Shown: piece after piece, positions 18,366-27,442 of the stretch
How the letters are laid out: each line of letters begins with the position of its first letter
Position numbering within the stretch: the stretch's first letter is position 1
From: a virus
IMG/VR virus record: IMGVR_UViG_3300037180_000021
Location: 1-64,000 of that record
Reading direction: 5' to 3' (one strand)
Length of the DNA stretch: 64,000 bases
The notes under the pieces: model-generated
Seen by the model: only the letters and a program-made list of their open reading frames with translations
What the model was told of the DNA's origin: nothing
Databases searched by the model: none
Made by a program: the position numbers and the translations under genes

Positions 18366-18896
18366 ATGCCCGGAGGAAGACCGACAGCGTATGATCCAGA
18401 GTGCATCAAGATCGTCAAGGCGATGGCGAAGCTAGGGGCTACTAACGCGGACCTTGCTTCTGAGTTTGAAGTTAGTCACGCGACTATTGATAATTGGATG
18501 ATAAAACATCCTGAGTTTTTAGGCGCCTTAAAAGAAGGTAAGGAAGCTTTTGACCAACGTATAGAGCGTTCTTTAGCTCAAAAAGCGATTGGTTATGAAC
18601 GCCCAGTGGTAAAGACTACGACATTTGAAAATGAAGATGGCGGCACGACCGTTTCAACAGTGGAATACGTAGAGCATGTCCCGCCTGACACAACGGCCTG
18701 TATCTTCTGGCTCAAAAACCGCAAGCCGAAAGAATGGCGGGACCGGCATGAATTTAGCGGGGACCCGGAAAATCCGCTCCAAATTGTCCATGCTGTCCAG
18801 CTTATCGTTACCGACTCTCGGGAAGACTGGGACAAAATTGCTGCCGATAGGGATCGCCTCTGTCTTCCTGCCCCTGAAGGAAGCGGCGAGGTATAA
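18366..18896 (+). CDS. terS: terminase small subunit
   Basis: GRPTAYDPECIKIVKAMAKLGATNADLASEFEVSHATIDNWMIKHPEFLGALKEGKEAF is the typical HTH-type TerS N-terminus. It sits directly upstream of terL. Confidence 0.8.
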   Translation: MPGGRPTAYDPECIKIVKAMAKLGATNADLASEFEVSHATIDNWMIKHPEFLGALKEGKEAFDQRIERSLAQKAIGYERPVVKTTTFENEDGGTTVSTVEYVEHVPPDTTACIFWLKNRKPKEWRDRHEFSGDPENPLQIVHAVQLIVTDSREDWDKIAADRDRLCLPAPEGSGEV

Positions 18897-20613
18897 GGGC
18901 GCACACGGCGGTCGCGGTAGCGGCAAGTCGCATTTCTTTGCCGAGCAGCTAATCATTCATTGTCTTGAGCATCCCGGCTTACGCGCCGTGTGCCTGCGTG
19001 AAGTTCAGCAGTCTTTGAAACAATCTTCCAAGCTTTTGCTCGAAGACAAGATTGTCTTGTTCAGGGTGGGAAACCAGTTCCGTGTGCTGGAGGATCGTAT
19101 AGAGACGCCCGGCGACGGTATCATTATCTTTCAGGGCATGCAGAATCACACGGCCGAGTCGATCAAGTCGCTGGAAGGTTACGACATCGCTTGGTTTGAC
19201 GAAGCGCATCGCGCTAGTAAATTCTCGTTAGGTCTTTTGCGCCCCACGCTTCGTAAGCAGCACTCGCAGTTGTGGTTCTCCTGGAACCCAAATAGTGATT
19301 CCGATCCAGTTGAAGAATTGCTGCGTGGTCCGGAGCGACCTAAAGACTCGATCGTCGTCGAGGCCAACTATTCCGATAACCCGTTGTTCCCCGACGTGCT
19401 CCGCGAGGAGATGGAGTACGACAAGCGCCGCGATCCTGACCGCTACGCCCATGTCTGGATGGGCAAGTACCAAGTGGCGAGTGAGGCAAGAGTATTTAGG
19501 AACTGGAGGATCGAGGAGTTTGAGACGCCGAGGGACGCCAGGTTCTACATGGGAGCTGACTGGGGGTTCGCGGTCGACCCTACAGTGCTTGTCCGCTGTT
19601 TCATCAGCGGTCGCACCTTATTTGTCGACTTTGAAGCTTGGAAGGTTGGCTGTGACATCGACCACACTCCGGCGTTGTTCGCCGGCGGCAGCAGCGAGTG
19701 GCAGAACCCGTACGGCTGGCAGGGCATCCCCGGCGCGCACGACTGGCCGATCATCGCGGACTCGTCTAACCCGCAGGCGATCAGCTACCTGAAGCGCTTC
19801 GGCTTCAACATTGAGCCGGCAATAAAAGGTGTAGGAAGCATTGAGGAAGGAATTACGTTTCTAAAAAGCTACGATATTGTCGTGCATCCTAGGTGCAAGC
19901 ATGTTGCTGATGAGCTGGCAACGTATAGCTACGAAACCGATAAGAAGACTGAAGAAGTCTTACCCAAGCTTGCGGATAAGAAGAATCACTGTGTGGCAGA
20001 AGGCACACTGGTGACTTGTGAGCGTGGCGATGTCCCTATCGAGCAGGTGACGACTAAGGACAGCGTGTTGACGCGTGGCGGTTACCGGCGTGTGTTGTTT
20101 GTTGGGCAGACTGACGTCCAGCGTGAGACGTTGTTGGTTCGCACGACCGCTGGATCTGTGCGCTGTACGCCGGACCACAAAATTTACACGAGTAGAGGGT
20201 TTACGCGGGCTGATGCACTAAGCGGCGAGCTTCGAAGGTTGATGATGTCGAGCGAATCTGCGTTGAGTGTGATAAACATTTCTGGCGGAACAAGTACACA
20301 CAGACACAAACTTGTTCACGGTCGTGTGCTAACCGTTACCGATGGCGGCATCGCCGAGCGGGTTTATGATTTGACTGTTGAGGGTGACCACGAGTTCTTT
20401 GCTGGTGGCGTGCTGGTTCATAATTGCATAGACTCGCTGCGCTACGCGGTGGAGAACGAGCGCCGCGCCACCTACGACAGCTCGCTTAGCTGGGTAGGAT
20501 ATCCCACGATCGAGGAGCGCAAGAAGACGGGAGAGCTGGAGGACCCGACCGTGCCGCCGCACTTCGTGCCGGGGCGACTGGCCCGCATCGACTGGAACGC
20601 AAGAGGACGTTGA
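18790..20613 (+). CDS. terL: terminase large subunit, interrupted by a mini-intein
   Basis: ARYKGAHGGRGSGKSHFFA (Walker A) and nuclease motif KKNH / CIDSLRYAVE split by the intein. The start is uncertain: ATG at 18790 or in-frame TTG at 18838. Confidence 0.85.
   Translation: MLSSLSLPTLGKTGTKLLPIGIASVFLPLKEAARYKGAHGGRGSGKSHFFAEQLIIHCLEHPGLRAVCLREVQQSLKQSSKLLLEDKIVLFRVGNQFRVLEDRIETPGDGIIIFQGMQNHTAESIKSLEGYDIAWFDEAHRASKFSLGLLRPTLRKQHSQLWFSWNPNSDSDPVEELLRGPERPKDSIVVEANYSDNPLFPDVLREEMEYDKRRDPDRYAHVWMGKYQVASEARVFRNWRIEEFETPRDARFYMGADWGFAVDPTVLVRCFISGRTLFVDFEAWKVGCDIDHTPALFAGGSSEWQNPYGWQGIPGAHDWPIIADSSNPQAISYLKRFGFNIEPAIKGVGSIEEGITFLKSYDIVVHPRCKHVADELATYSYETDKKTEEVLPKLADKKNHCVAEGTLVTCERGDVPIEQVTTKDSVLTRGGYRRVLFVGQTDVQRETLLVRTTAGSVRCTPDHKIYTSRGFTRADALSGELRRLMMSSESALSVINISGGTSTHRHKLVHGRVLTVTDGGIAERVYDLTVEGDHEFFAGGVLVHNCIDSLRYAVENERRATYDSSLSWVGYPTIEERKKTGELEDPTVPPHFVPGRLARIDWNARGR
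19990..20424 (+). other. mini-intein (145 aa, no endonuclease domain) in terL
   Basis: Begins CVAEGTLVTC (block A), has RCTPDHKIYT (block B), VYDLTVEGDHEFFA (block F), and ends GVLVHN followed by Cys+1. Confidence 0.8.
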
Positions 20614-20650
20614 TGACGATGAAGTCGCGCACTCCTGAGCGGGTAGCAGC

Positions 20651-21034
20651 ATGAACAAGCACGACCACGACAAAATCATGGACCTGTGGGTCAACGGCAT
20701 GTCGTCGCGCGAGATCGCGGACATCATTGGCTCATCCATAACGGCGTCACTGGTTTCCAGCATCGTCTCGTCTCACCGCCAGGATGGCGATCTCCGCGCG
20801 CTGCGCTGGGACGATCCGCGCCGCAGGGCCGGCGTCAGGATCGCGGAGCTAGGCTCCACTCCAGTTAACCCAGTAGGAACGAGAGAGCGCCGCAAGCTCG
20901 ATGCCAACTCCGTGGGTAATGATCTGCCATTCCCGTGTGACCGCCCGATCAACGTTGGCTACTTGGACCGGCTGCTGGAGAAGCTAATCGAGGTGCACGG
21001 CGAGCCGCGCGAGGACCTGTTTGCAGGCGCGTGA
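20651..21034 (+). CDS. HTH-containing hypothetical protein
   Basis: IMDLWVNGMSSREIADIIGSSITASLVSS looks like a helix-turn-helix. Confidence 0.45.
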   Translation: MNKHDHDKIMDLWVNGMSSREIADIIGSSITASLVSSIVSSHRQDGDLRALRWDDPRRRAGVRIAELGSTPVNPVGTRERRKLDANSVGNDLPFPCDRPINVGYLDRLLEKLIEVHGEPREDLFAGA

Positions 21035-21203
21035 CTACTAGACAAAAAATGGGAAGAGGTGTCATGATTGTGGTGCGCCCCCGGCAAGCTATCCTGTGGC
21101 GAAGGAGAAGAAGCATGTTCGACAGAGTAGCCGCCATCACATTTTTCTTCATACAAATCGCCCTGTGCGGGTACGTGCTGTATTGCTTAAGAGGCATGTA
21201 TTC

Positions 21204-21680
21204 ATGATTGTGGTGTCGAAGCGAAATCTAGTTGCGCTGCTCGGCCTCGCGCCGATTTCTGTGGCAGCTGCTTCTATACAGCCGGAGAACTTCAACCGCA
21301 ACATCGGCGACAGCCCGTCTGACCAGCCGTCGCCGGGTGTCAGCCACCTGCGTGTCACCAAGTATGATCCAGAGAAGATGGCGCAGACGTTCGAGAAGCT
21401 GGCGCATGAGATCAGGACGAAGGGCGTCGCGATCAGCCGCTTCCATATCGGTTGCACGGCTGTGGGGGACGACCACTCAGACGAGCACGTCGTCGAGCTA
21501 CCGGCGACTTGGACGCCGGCGCAGATGCGCGAGTTTCATCGCTGGTGGCGCGACACGCCACCTGGACCTGGGCGCGTGCTGCCGTGCGGTGCGCGGATAG
21601 TCCGTGACTACGACGGCCAGTGGCTGACGCAGACGCTGACCATCGACCTTGAGATGCATCACAAGGACGAGCCGGCGTGA
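21204..21680 (+). CDS. secreted hypothetical protein
   Basis: Internal start MIVVSKRNLVALLGLAPISVAAAS gives a signal-peptide-like N-terminus. Confidence 0.45.
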   Translation: MIVVSKRNLVALLGLAPISVAAASIQPENFNRNIGDSPSDQPSPGVSHLRVTKYDPEKMAQTFEKLAHEIRTKGVAISRFHIGCTAVGDDHSDEHVVELPATWTPAQMREFHRWWRDTPPGPGRVLPCGARIVRDYDGQWLTQTLTIDLEMHHKDEPA

Positions 21681-22021
21681 GCTTAGAACGTGTAGACATC
21701 GCCGGATCCGTCAAGTGCAATATCCCCATTGGTACAACGTCGATGTTCTTAAGCAGATTGACGCACTGCTCCATCCCCCACCTGCGGTATGATCGAATGT
21801 GGACCATCCTGATCGTCGGCTCCGTCATCACAACCGGCCTGCCGTTCAAGTACACGAGCGACGAGCAGTTCAAGACCGAGGTCGAGTGTCTGGAATACGT
21901 GCACGAGCGCGCCGCTGACATGTCGTTCATGGTGCGCACGCTGCTGCTACAGGACGACGGCCTGACGATCAACATCAGGTGCGTGGGCGAGAACAATCGT
22001 GTTCAGGGGAGGACAGCGTAA
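21677..22021 (+). CDS. hypothetical protein
   Basis: 114-aa ORF coupled to its neighbours. An alternative start is MWTILIVG at 21797. Confidence 0.35.
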   Translation: MSLERVDIAGSVKCNIPIGTTSMFLSRLTHCSIPHLRYDRMWTILIVGSVITTGLPFKYTSDEQFKTEVECLEYVHERAADMSFMVRTLLLQDDGLTINIRCVGENNRVQGRTA

Positions 22022-22323
22022 TGACACCGCAAGAGCTAACCGCAGCCGAAGCCGCAGAGGATTCCTACTGGGGCTTTGAGGACGCCTTCATCCCGCGCGG
22101 CGCCATCGAGGGCATGGCCGAGTGCGTCGGCGAGGCCGCTGACGCCGCGACGCCGCAGACCGCGCCCGCCCGCTTCGCTGCCGGGCAGGCCGCGCTCATG
22201 GCCGAGGCGATTAAATCAGGTCACGGCGATCAGATGACGCAGACGATGTCGGCAGCGATCACGACGGCGGTGCTGGTGGCTGTGGCGCAGGTCAGGGCAC
22301 AAATTAAGCAAGCAAAGAGGTAA
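22021..22323 (+). CDS. hypothetical protein
   Basis: TAATG overlap with the preceding ORF. MTPQELTAAEAAED... Confidence 0.4.
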   Translation: MTPQELTAAEAAEDSYWGFEDAFIPRGAIEGMAECVGEAADAATPQTAPARFAAGQAALMAEAIKSGHGDQMTQTMSAAITTAVLVAVAQVRAQIKQAKR

Positions 22324-22467
22324 ACAAACATGCAATCAGTTGTCACCATCGTGGCGATGGTCTTCTCATTCCCACACAACTACGTCTCCATGGTCGGGTC
22401 GTTTCCTAATATCGTCGCCTGTGGCGGCGGCGGTGCAGACCCATGTTGATCCTGGTAACTGGATCGA

Positions 22468-22848
22468 GTGCCACATGATGTCCGGCAAGACGCTGAAGTA
22501 CAAGACGAAGCCGGTGAAGAAGTGATCTCCAGCCGCGTCACCGGCTATTTGCTGTTCATCGCCGTCTGCGCCGTCGCCATTGTCATCCTGCTCGGCGTGG
22601 TGATGATGCACGGCGCGCAGGCTGCTGAGAAGCCGCTGCCGTGTCTGACGACAGAGATCGTGCTGCATGACATCCTGGGCAACGCCGTCGTAGTCAACGT
22701 CGAGCTGATCGAGATGCGACGCGCGTTCTCCCACGTGATGGGCGATCCTGACGGCGCAGCTACGACGATCTACTTTAGCAGCGGCAACCACGCCGCCGTC
22801 AAGGAGAGCATCGCCGAGATCAACGAGATAATGGGGAGGAGACAATGA
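22468..22848 (+). CDS. membrane-anchored hypothetical protein
   Basis: One TM helix, GYLLFIAVCAVAIVILLGVVMM. The start is uncertain. Confidence 0.4.
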   Translation: MPHDVRQDAEVQDEAGEEVISSRVTGYLLFIAVCAVAIVILLGVVMMHGAQAAEKPLPCLTTEIVLHDILGNAVVVNVELIEMRRAFSHVMGDPDGAATTIYFSSGNHAAVKESIAEINEIMGRRQ

Positions 22849-23111
22849 TCAGGTTAACAGACATTCTTGCAGCTCTCTTGCTAGTCATGTTTGCAAGCAG
22901 CGCGTTAGCCGCCGACGACACCGCCAAGAAGAATAAGCAGGGGTGGTTTCTGATCGTGCCGGTCTACAACTGCGGTGAGTGTAAGGAGCGCCAGATGCGC
23001 ATCATTATGCCGTCCGTCGAGGTTTGTCGCGAGGTTCGCGATCTGAACTCCGGCATGGTCTGCGTGATGCAGGATGACACGAAGGCCAGCAAGCGCAGGG
23101 ACGACGATTAG
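22845..23111 (+). CDS. small secreted protein
   Basis: Signal peptide MIRLTDILAALLLVMFASSALA, with Cys pairs in the mature part. Confidence 0.45.
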   Translation: MIRLTDILAALLLVMFASSALAADDTAKKNKQGWFLIVPVYNCGECKERQMRIIMPSVEVCREVRDLNSGMVCVMQDDTKASKRRDDD

Positions 23112-23112
23112 G

Positions 23113-24267
23113 ATGACCGTAGAACTAACCCCCAGCGATTTTCTCGATACGTCCGAGGCGCTGCGCAAGATCGCGGCGGCGATCAATGCTGGTGGTGGTG
23201 GCGTCACCCCAGCAACAGATAACATGACGTTCTATGTCGATCCAGCTTCAGGGTCAGACACTAATCCAGGAACTTCAGGTAGTCCGTTCAAGACGATCCA
23301 ACATGCGTTGGACCAGGCGCGAGGTTTTGACTACCAATATAAATACACCGCTGCCGTCCAGCTTCTTGATGGCGTTTATAACGAGGCCAATCAGAACTGG
23401 TCTAGCAATTCCCTACCTGGAATTGCTATGCATGGGATAGTCAATGCCGCGCTTTTTGCTAATCTTGCCCCGTCTGTTTCTTTGATTGGCAACCCAACAA
23501 TCCCCGGTAATGTTGTTCTAGATTTTAGCGATGGCAGTGGGTCGCTTTTCATTTTTTCTGGTTTACTTAATGTGTTGGCCATTGGTGGATTCCATCTGAA
23601 AATATCTGGAGCAAATGGAACAACAATATTAATCAATAACTCTGTCGTAGAGATTGTCTATCCACTGGAAATTGAATTAATTAGCGGCGCTGGCGGCGCT
23701 AAAGTTTTTTCAGTAGAAGCTAGCGCATTTTTTGTTGGGGCTAATATTACGATAAGCGGAACCCCTTTGCCTGGGGACTTTTCAGGTTTTTTTTATATAG
23801 TTGGTCCCGCTTACGACACTGCAAATCTAATTATGGCTGGAGGCAACCTAGTCTTTGCAACCTCTATCGATTTTACATCTGGTAAATTTATAAGTCTGGA
23901 CAGCCAGGCAAGTGTTACTATGGCTACTGCTAACATTGTTAACCCTTCCAACATCGTAGGTCCTGGGTACAACATAACAAATGGTAGTACGCTTTCCACC
24001 GATGTTGATCCGACAGCATTTGTTGGAACACAACCAGGTTTTATAGATTCAACAAGTTCATGGACTAACTATAATTGGAGTATTGGCTTGCCTCTTTTCG
24101 GTGGTGGACAAGCGTTTACTGTTGGCACCTTACCTGCAGGACCTGCAATCGGAATGCGAGCCTTTGTAAGCGATGCCCACAGTTCAGAATTTGGTTCTGC
24201 CCCAGTTGGTGGCGGTGGTGTGACAGTACCTGTCTTTTTCGATGGGACAAATTGGATGGTTGGTTAA
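23113..24267 (+). CDS. beta-helix tailspike/receptor-binding-like protein located outside the tail module
   Basis: N-terminal MTVELTPSDFLDTSEALRKIAAAINAGGG is shared with the 47261 gene. FYVDPASGSDTNPGTSGSPFKTIQHALDQA is a right-handed beta-helix-type start. The C-terminal FVSDAHSSEFGSAPVGGGGVTVPVFFDGTNWMVG is shared with the 62107 gene. AT-richer than the backbone. Confidence 0.65.
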   Translation: MTVELTPSDFLDTSEALRKIAAAINAGGGGVTPATDNMTFYVDPASGSDTNPGTSGSPFKTIQHALDQARGFDYQYKYTAAVQLLDGVYNEANQNWSSNSLPGIAMHGIVNAALFANLAPSVSLIGNPTIPGNVVLDFSDGSGSLFIFSGLLNVLAIGGFHLKISGANGTTILINNSVVEIVYPLEIELISGAGGAKVFSVEASAFFVGANITISGTPLPGDFSGFFYIVGPAYDTANLIMAGGNLVFATSIDFTSGKFISLDSQASVTMATANIVNPSNIVGPGYNITNGSTLSTDVDPTAFVGTQPGFIDSTSSWTNYNWSIGLPLFGGGQAFTVGTLPAGPAIGMRAFVSDAHSSEFGSAPVGGGGVTVPVFFDGTNWMVG

Positions 24268-24407
24268 CTCAAAATAAGAAATAAGTTCGGACCCGCCTGG
24301 TGCGCTCGCCAACGGCAGCGTGTTGACCGAATGGATCGGTCTGGTTCTGGTTGTGGCTGCTCCTGTCTAATTTTCGCTCGCATTCGAACAGGTGTGTGAA
24401 TACGGCG

Positions 24408-24731
24408 ATGACCATTTGCCCGTGCTGCGGCAGTGAGATCGTCGGTGATCCTCTGATCGTCGACCTTGGCTCCAACATCGCCGCGTTCAAAGACAAGCAT
24501 GCGCGGATGAGCCCGCATATGGCCGCGCTGCTGCACTCCTTGAACCAGGCCTATCCTGCGACAGTGACCTTCGATAAGCTGATCAGCGATGTTTACGGCG
24601 TTCTGGAACCGGACAGAGCCAAGGATAACGTTCGCCAGATAGCACATCAGTGCAAGCGCGCCATCGACGCGTTCGGCTTTCGCATCGAGGCGGTCTGGAC
24701 GGTTGGCTACAAGCTCGTCAAGCCGCGCTGA
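24408..24731 (+). CDS. OmpR/PhoB-type winged-helix DNA-binding protein
   Basis: LISDVYGVLEPDRAKDNVRQIAHQCKRAIDAFGFRIEAVWTVGYKLV matches the trans_reg_C pattern. Confidence 0.6.
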   Translation: MTICPCCGSEIVGDPLIVDLGSNIAAFKDKHARMSPHMAALLHSLNQAYPATVTFDKLISDVYGVLEPDRAKDNVRQIAHQCKRAIDAFGFRIEAVWTVGYKLVKPR

Positions 24732-24908
24732 TTAAGCTCACTCTTCTGGTGTTATAACGGAGCAAGAAAATGGGCCTCATTCTTCTCATCATCGTCATCC
24801 TGGATCTACCGGCAAAGGGACTGGGCGTCATATCATATGCTTCATTTTAAGTCCTATAGGCGGTGGTCATGGGTAACAATCGGATATAAGATAAAAGGAG
24901 AAAATGCT

Positions 24909-25076
24909 ATGCTCGGAACCATATTGCTTGTTTTTGCGTTTGTAATCATGTGCCTAGCGGCTGCCAACTGGCCTGCTGCGAATGCAGGGCGCTGGACGCT
25001 AGGTTGGCTGGCGCTGGCTTTCTATTTCGCCTCGATACTTTTCGGCGGCGGATCAATCGAGCGCTTCTTCCATTGA
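24909..25076 (+). CDS. small two-helix membrane protein (holin-like size)
   Basis: MLGTILLVFAFVIMCLAAANWPAANAGRWTLGWLALAFYFASILFGG. Confidence 0.4.
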   Translation: MLGTILLVFAFVIMCLAAANWPAANAGRWTLGWLALAFYFASILFGGGSIERFFH

Positions 25077-25333
25077 TGGATCGCTATCAGATAAGCTTCG
25101 TCGTCATCGTGCCGATAGTCGTCGTGGCGGTGTATGTGTTCATGAGGCTGACGGATCGGTGGCCGAAGCCAGAGCGACGGTGTAGGATGAGACGACGCAG
25201 ATCTGCTACGGCACTGGGCTGGACGGTCGTCCTGCTGGCGATCGCCTACGCTGCCTATTTTCTGACCATGGGCAGCGGCATCCTGTGGACATGCAAGGGA
25301 GATGACTGCGGGGTCGTTCGATCGGAAGAATGA
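25076..25333 (+). CDS. small membrane protein
   Basis: TGATG overlap. Two hydrophobic helices: ISFVVIVPIVVVAVYVF and LGWTVVLLAIAYAAYFL. Confidence 0.4.
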   Translation: MDRYQISFVVIVPIVVVAVYVFMRLTDRWPKPERRCRMRRRRSATALGWTVVLLAIAYAAYFLTMGSGILWTCKGDDCGVVRSEE

Positions 25334-25335
25334 GG

Positions 25336-25670
25336 CATGCTTATCCGGTTGCCACACATAAACGCTAACACCTACTAGCTGTAGAGGCACGAACAATGAG
25401 CAATAGCGGTGATCTTAGGATGCTTGGAGTATGTGACGGCTTCGCACATGCCATCGTGTACCTACGCCGAGAGATGGGTGCGGTCCGCTATCGTCCAATC
25501 AACCCGCGTCATGTGCGGCGCATTGCCGCCCGCGAGGCGAAGCTAAGACCGTTGCGTGAGATCGAAGCGTGGCTTGTAAAACAGCACACGAACACAAAGG
25601 CAGCTTATGAAAAGTCGAGAGAGCCGCGACCACAAGATGCAGTGCCGTGTGTCTAAACCGGATAAGCATA
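25336..25670. mobile_element. 335-bp MITE-like element with the same ends as the IS at 30289..32541
   Basis: Ends CATGCTTATCCGGTTGCCACACA and (reverse complement) TATGCTTATCCGGTTTAGACACA. Perfect 8-bp direct repeat GAATGAGG at 25328-25335 and 25671-25678. Confidence 0.85.
25396..25656 (+). CDS. 86-aa ORF filling the MITE-like element
   Basis: The only long ORF in the element. No family recognised. Confidence 0.35.
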   Translation: MSNSGDLRMLGVCDGFAHAIVYLRREMGAVRYRPINPRHVRRIAAREAKLRPLREIEAWLVKQHTNTKAAYEKSREPRPQDAVPCV

Positions 25671-25692
25671 GAATGAGGGATAGGAGACGGGA

Positions 25693-25980
25693 ATGAACTT
25701 TCACGTTGGACAGAAAGTGGTTTGTGTAAGCGATGATTTTGTCGGGAAGTGCGGCGAGATTTTCCCCGTCGTCGGCGGTGCCTATACAATTCGTTGCTTT
25801 GATGAGCCAGAACCGGACGGAACGACTTTTATCTTTTTGGTCGAAATTCTTAATATAGCAGACGAATATGATGATGACGACTTCGGCGAATGTTCATTTG
25901 CAACTGAATGTTTCCGACCGGCCGTCGAACGCAAAACTGATATCTCGATCTTCACTAACATGCTGAAAGACGTGCGCTAG
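25693..25980 (+). CDS. hypothetical protein
   Basis: 95-aa ORF with GGAGACGGGA before the ATG. Confidence 0.5.
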   Translation: MNFHVGQKVVCVSDDFVGKCGEIFPVVGGAYTIRCFDEPEPDGTTFIFLVEILNIADEYDDDDFGECSFATECFRPAVERKTDISIFTNMLKDVR

Positions 25981-26102
25981 AAAGAGCCCGTTTAATGACA
26001 ATTGCGGCCAGCGGTTCTCCGACCCCCAGCCGCATAGGCGGCGCCAGGTGGTCCCCCTCATCCCTCGCCTGGCGCCGCTGCCTCTTTATAAAGGAATACC
26101 CC

Positions 26103-26708
26103 ATGCCAGATGACAACATCGCAGTCCTGCAGAAGATTCTTGGAGTGCTGAATACTGGCGAGTCCAACCTGGACAAGCTGCTGAGCTGCGCCGTGATTGG
26201 GTTGACGTCTGCTGCGGAGTTTGAGCTTGTAGAGCTGCAGTCGCAGCAGACGCCGCCGCCAGTGAGCGGCACTCAGTATGCGCGTGCGGCGTATGATGCT
26301 ACGCTAGCTGCGTGGGGCCGTCGCGGGAGCCGCCACGGCGGCAGCCTCACGGGGTTCTTCAACGAGGTGCTGCTGAACCAACAGCAGATGATGTCCCTTC
26401 TCAACCAGATCTTAACCCAGGAGAATGCAATGGCCGTAGACCTCACTAGCCTGACTGCCGAGGTGGCGAACAACACCACCGTCGACGGAAGCATCGTCAC
26501 TCTCATCAACAACCTGGCGACGCAGATCGCCGCCATTCCCAGCACGGATGCCGCCACCCAGACCGCGCTCACGGCCTTGGTGACGACGTTGCAGACCAAC
26601 GACGCGGCCATCGCCGCGGCGGTCGTGGCCAACACGTCGGCCGCGCCGACGCCGAGCCCTGGCTCAGCGCCGGCCTCTGGCCAACGTCGCCCCGGCGAAC
26701 GCCGGTAA
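26103..26708 (+). CDS. hypothetical protein with Ala/Thr-rich helical C-terminus
   Basis: Start MPDDNIAVLQKILGVLN chosen. The upstream part of the ORF-track entry looks non-coding. Confidence 0.45.
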   Translation: MPDDNIAVLQKILGVLNTGESNLDKLLSCAVIGLTSAAEFELVELQSQQTPPPVSGTQYARAAYDATLAAWGRRGSRHGGSLTGFFNEVLLNQQQMMSLLNQILTQENAMAVDLTSLTAEVANNTTVDGSIVTLINNLATQIAAIPSTDAATQTALTALVTTLQTNDAAIAAAVVANTSAAPTPSPGSAPASGQRRPGERR

Positions 26709-26740
26709 CTTCCCACCCACAACTCAAAGGAGTAACGACA

Positions 26741-26902
26741 ATGTCTGTACATGATTCTGGCCCCGGCACCTATCAGGGCAAGCCCATCACCATCGTGCGC
26801 AAGGCGGAGCAAGGCGCACGATGGTGCGACGCCAAGAAAGACCAGGTCGTCATCATGAAGGACGGCAAGGAGCAGACCGTCAACCGCGCCGACGTGGCGT
26901 AG
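26741..26902 (+). CDS. small hypothetical protein (53 aa)
   Basis: My translation: MSVHDSGPGTYQGKPITIVRKAEQGARWCDAKKDQVVIMKDGKEQTVNRADVA. AAAGGAG lies 8 nt upstream. Confidence 0.45.
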   Translation: MSVHDSGPGTYQGKPITIVRKAEQGARWCDAKKDQVVIMKDGKEQTVNRADVA

Positions 26903-26903
26903 T

Positions 26904-27188
26904 ATGAAGTCGCGTTTGTTGCTTACCGCGTTAGTGCTGGCTTGGGCGGCTAACCCCGCCCTCGCCCAGCACGGCAGCGGCCACGGAGGTGGCGGAGGAT
27001 TTTACGGAGGTGGCGGCTTTGGGCCTCACGGCCCAAGCCCAAGCCCAGGTGGTGGAGGCGGCGGCTTCGGGCCTCATGGCCCTGGCCCAGGTTTTCATCC
27101 TCGTGGCTGGGGCGGTATGATCCCCGGCTACGGTTGGTACACCTGTCTCGATCCGCTCGACCCCTACTACTATCAGTACTGCTACTGA
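26904..27188 (+). CDS. secreted Gly/Pro/His-rich small protein with Tyr/Cys-rich tail
   Basis: Signal peptide MKSRLLLTALVLAWAANPALA, then GSGHGGGGGFYGGGGFGPHGPSPSPGGGGGGFGPHGPGPGFHPRGWGG, ending YYYQYCY. Confidence 0.55.
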   Translation: MKSRLLLTALVLAWAANPALAQHGSGHGGGGGFYGGGGFGPHGPSPSPGGGGGGFGPHGPGPGFHPRGWGGMIPGYGWYTCLDPLDPYYYQYCY

Positions 27189-27442
27189 CAAGCCGTGATG
27201 CCTATCCACGTCACGTGCTGTGAATGTGAAGGTGAGACGTGGTTTGATGGCGCCGGTAAGGAAGTCTATCAGTCAGAAATAGGGGCGACACTTTGAATCT
27301 GACCTGTGAGGAAATGGTGAAGCTCGGCTTACGCACGGTGGAAGATTGCCATCATCATTATTTTGTCTCCGGTGCTGTGTTCATCGTAGGGTTGTTGGTT
27401 TTTGGTTGCTTTGTTATGGCGATGAAGGAATAGGAGCCATCG

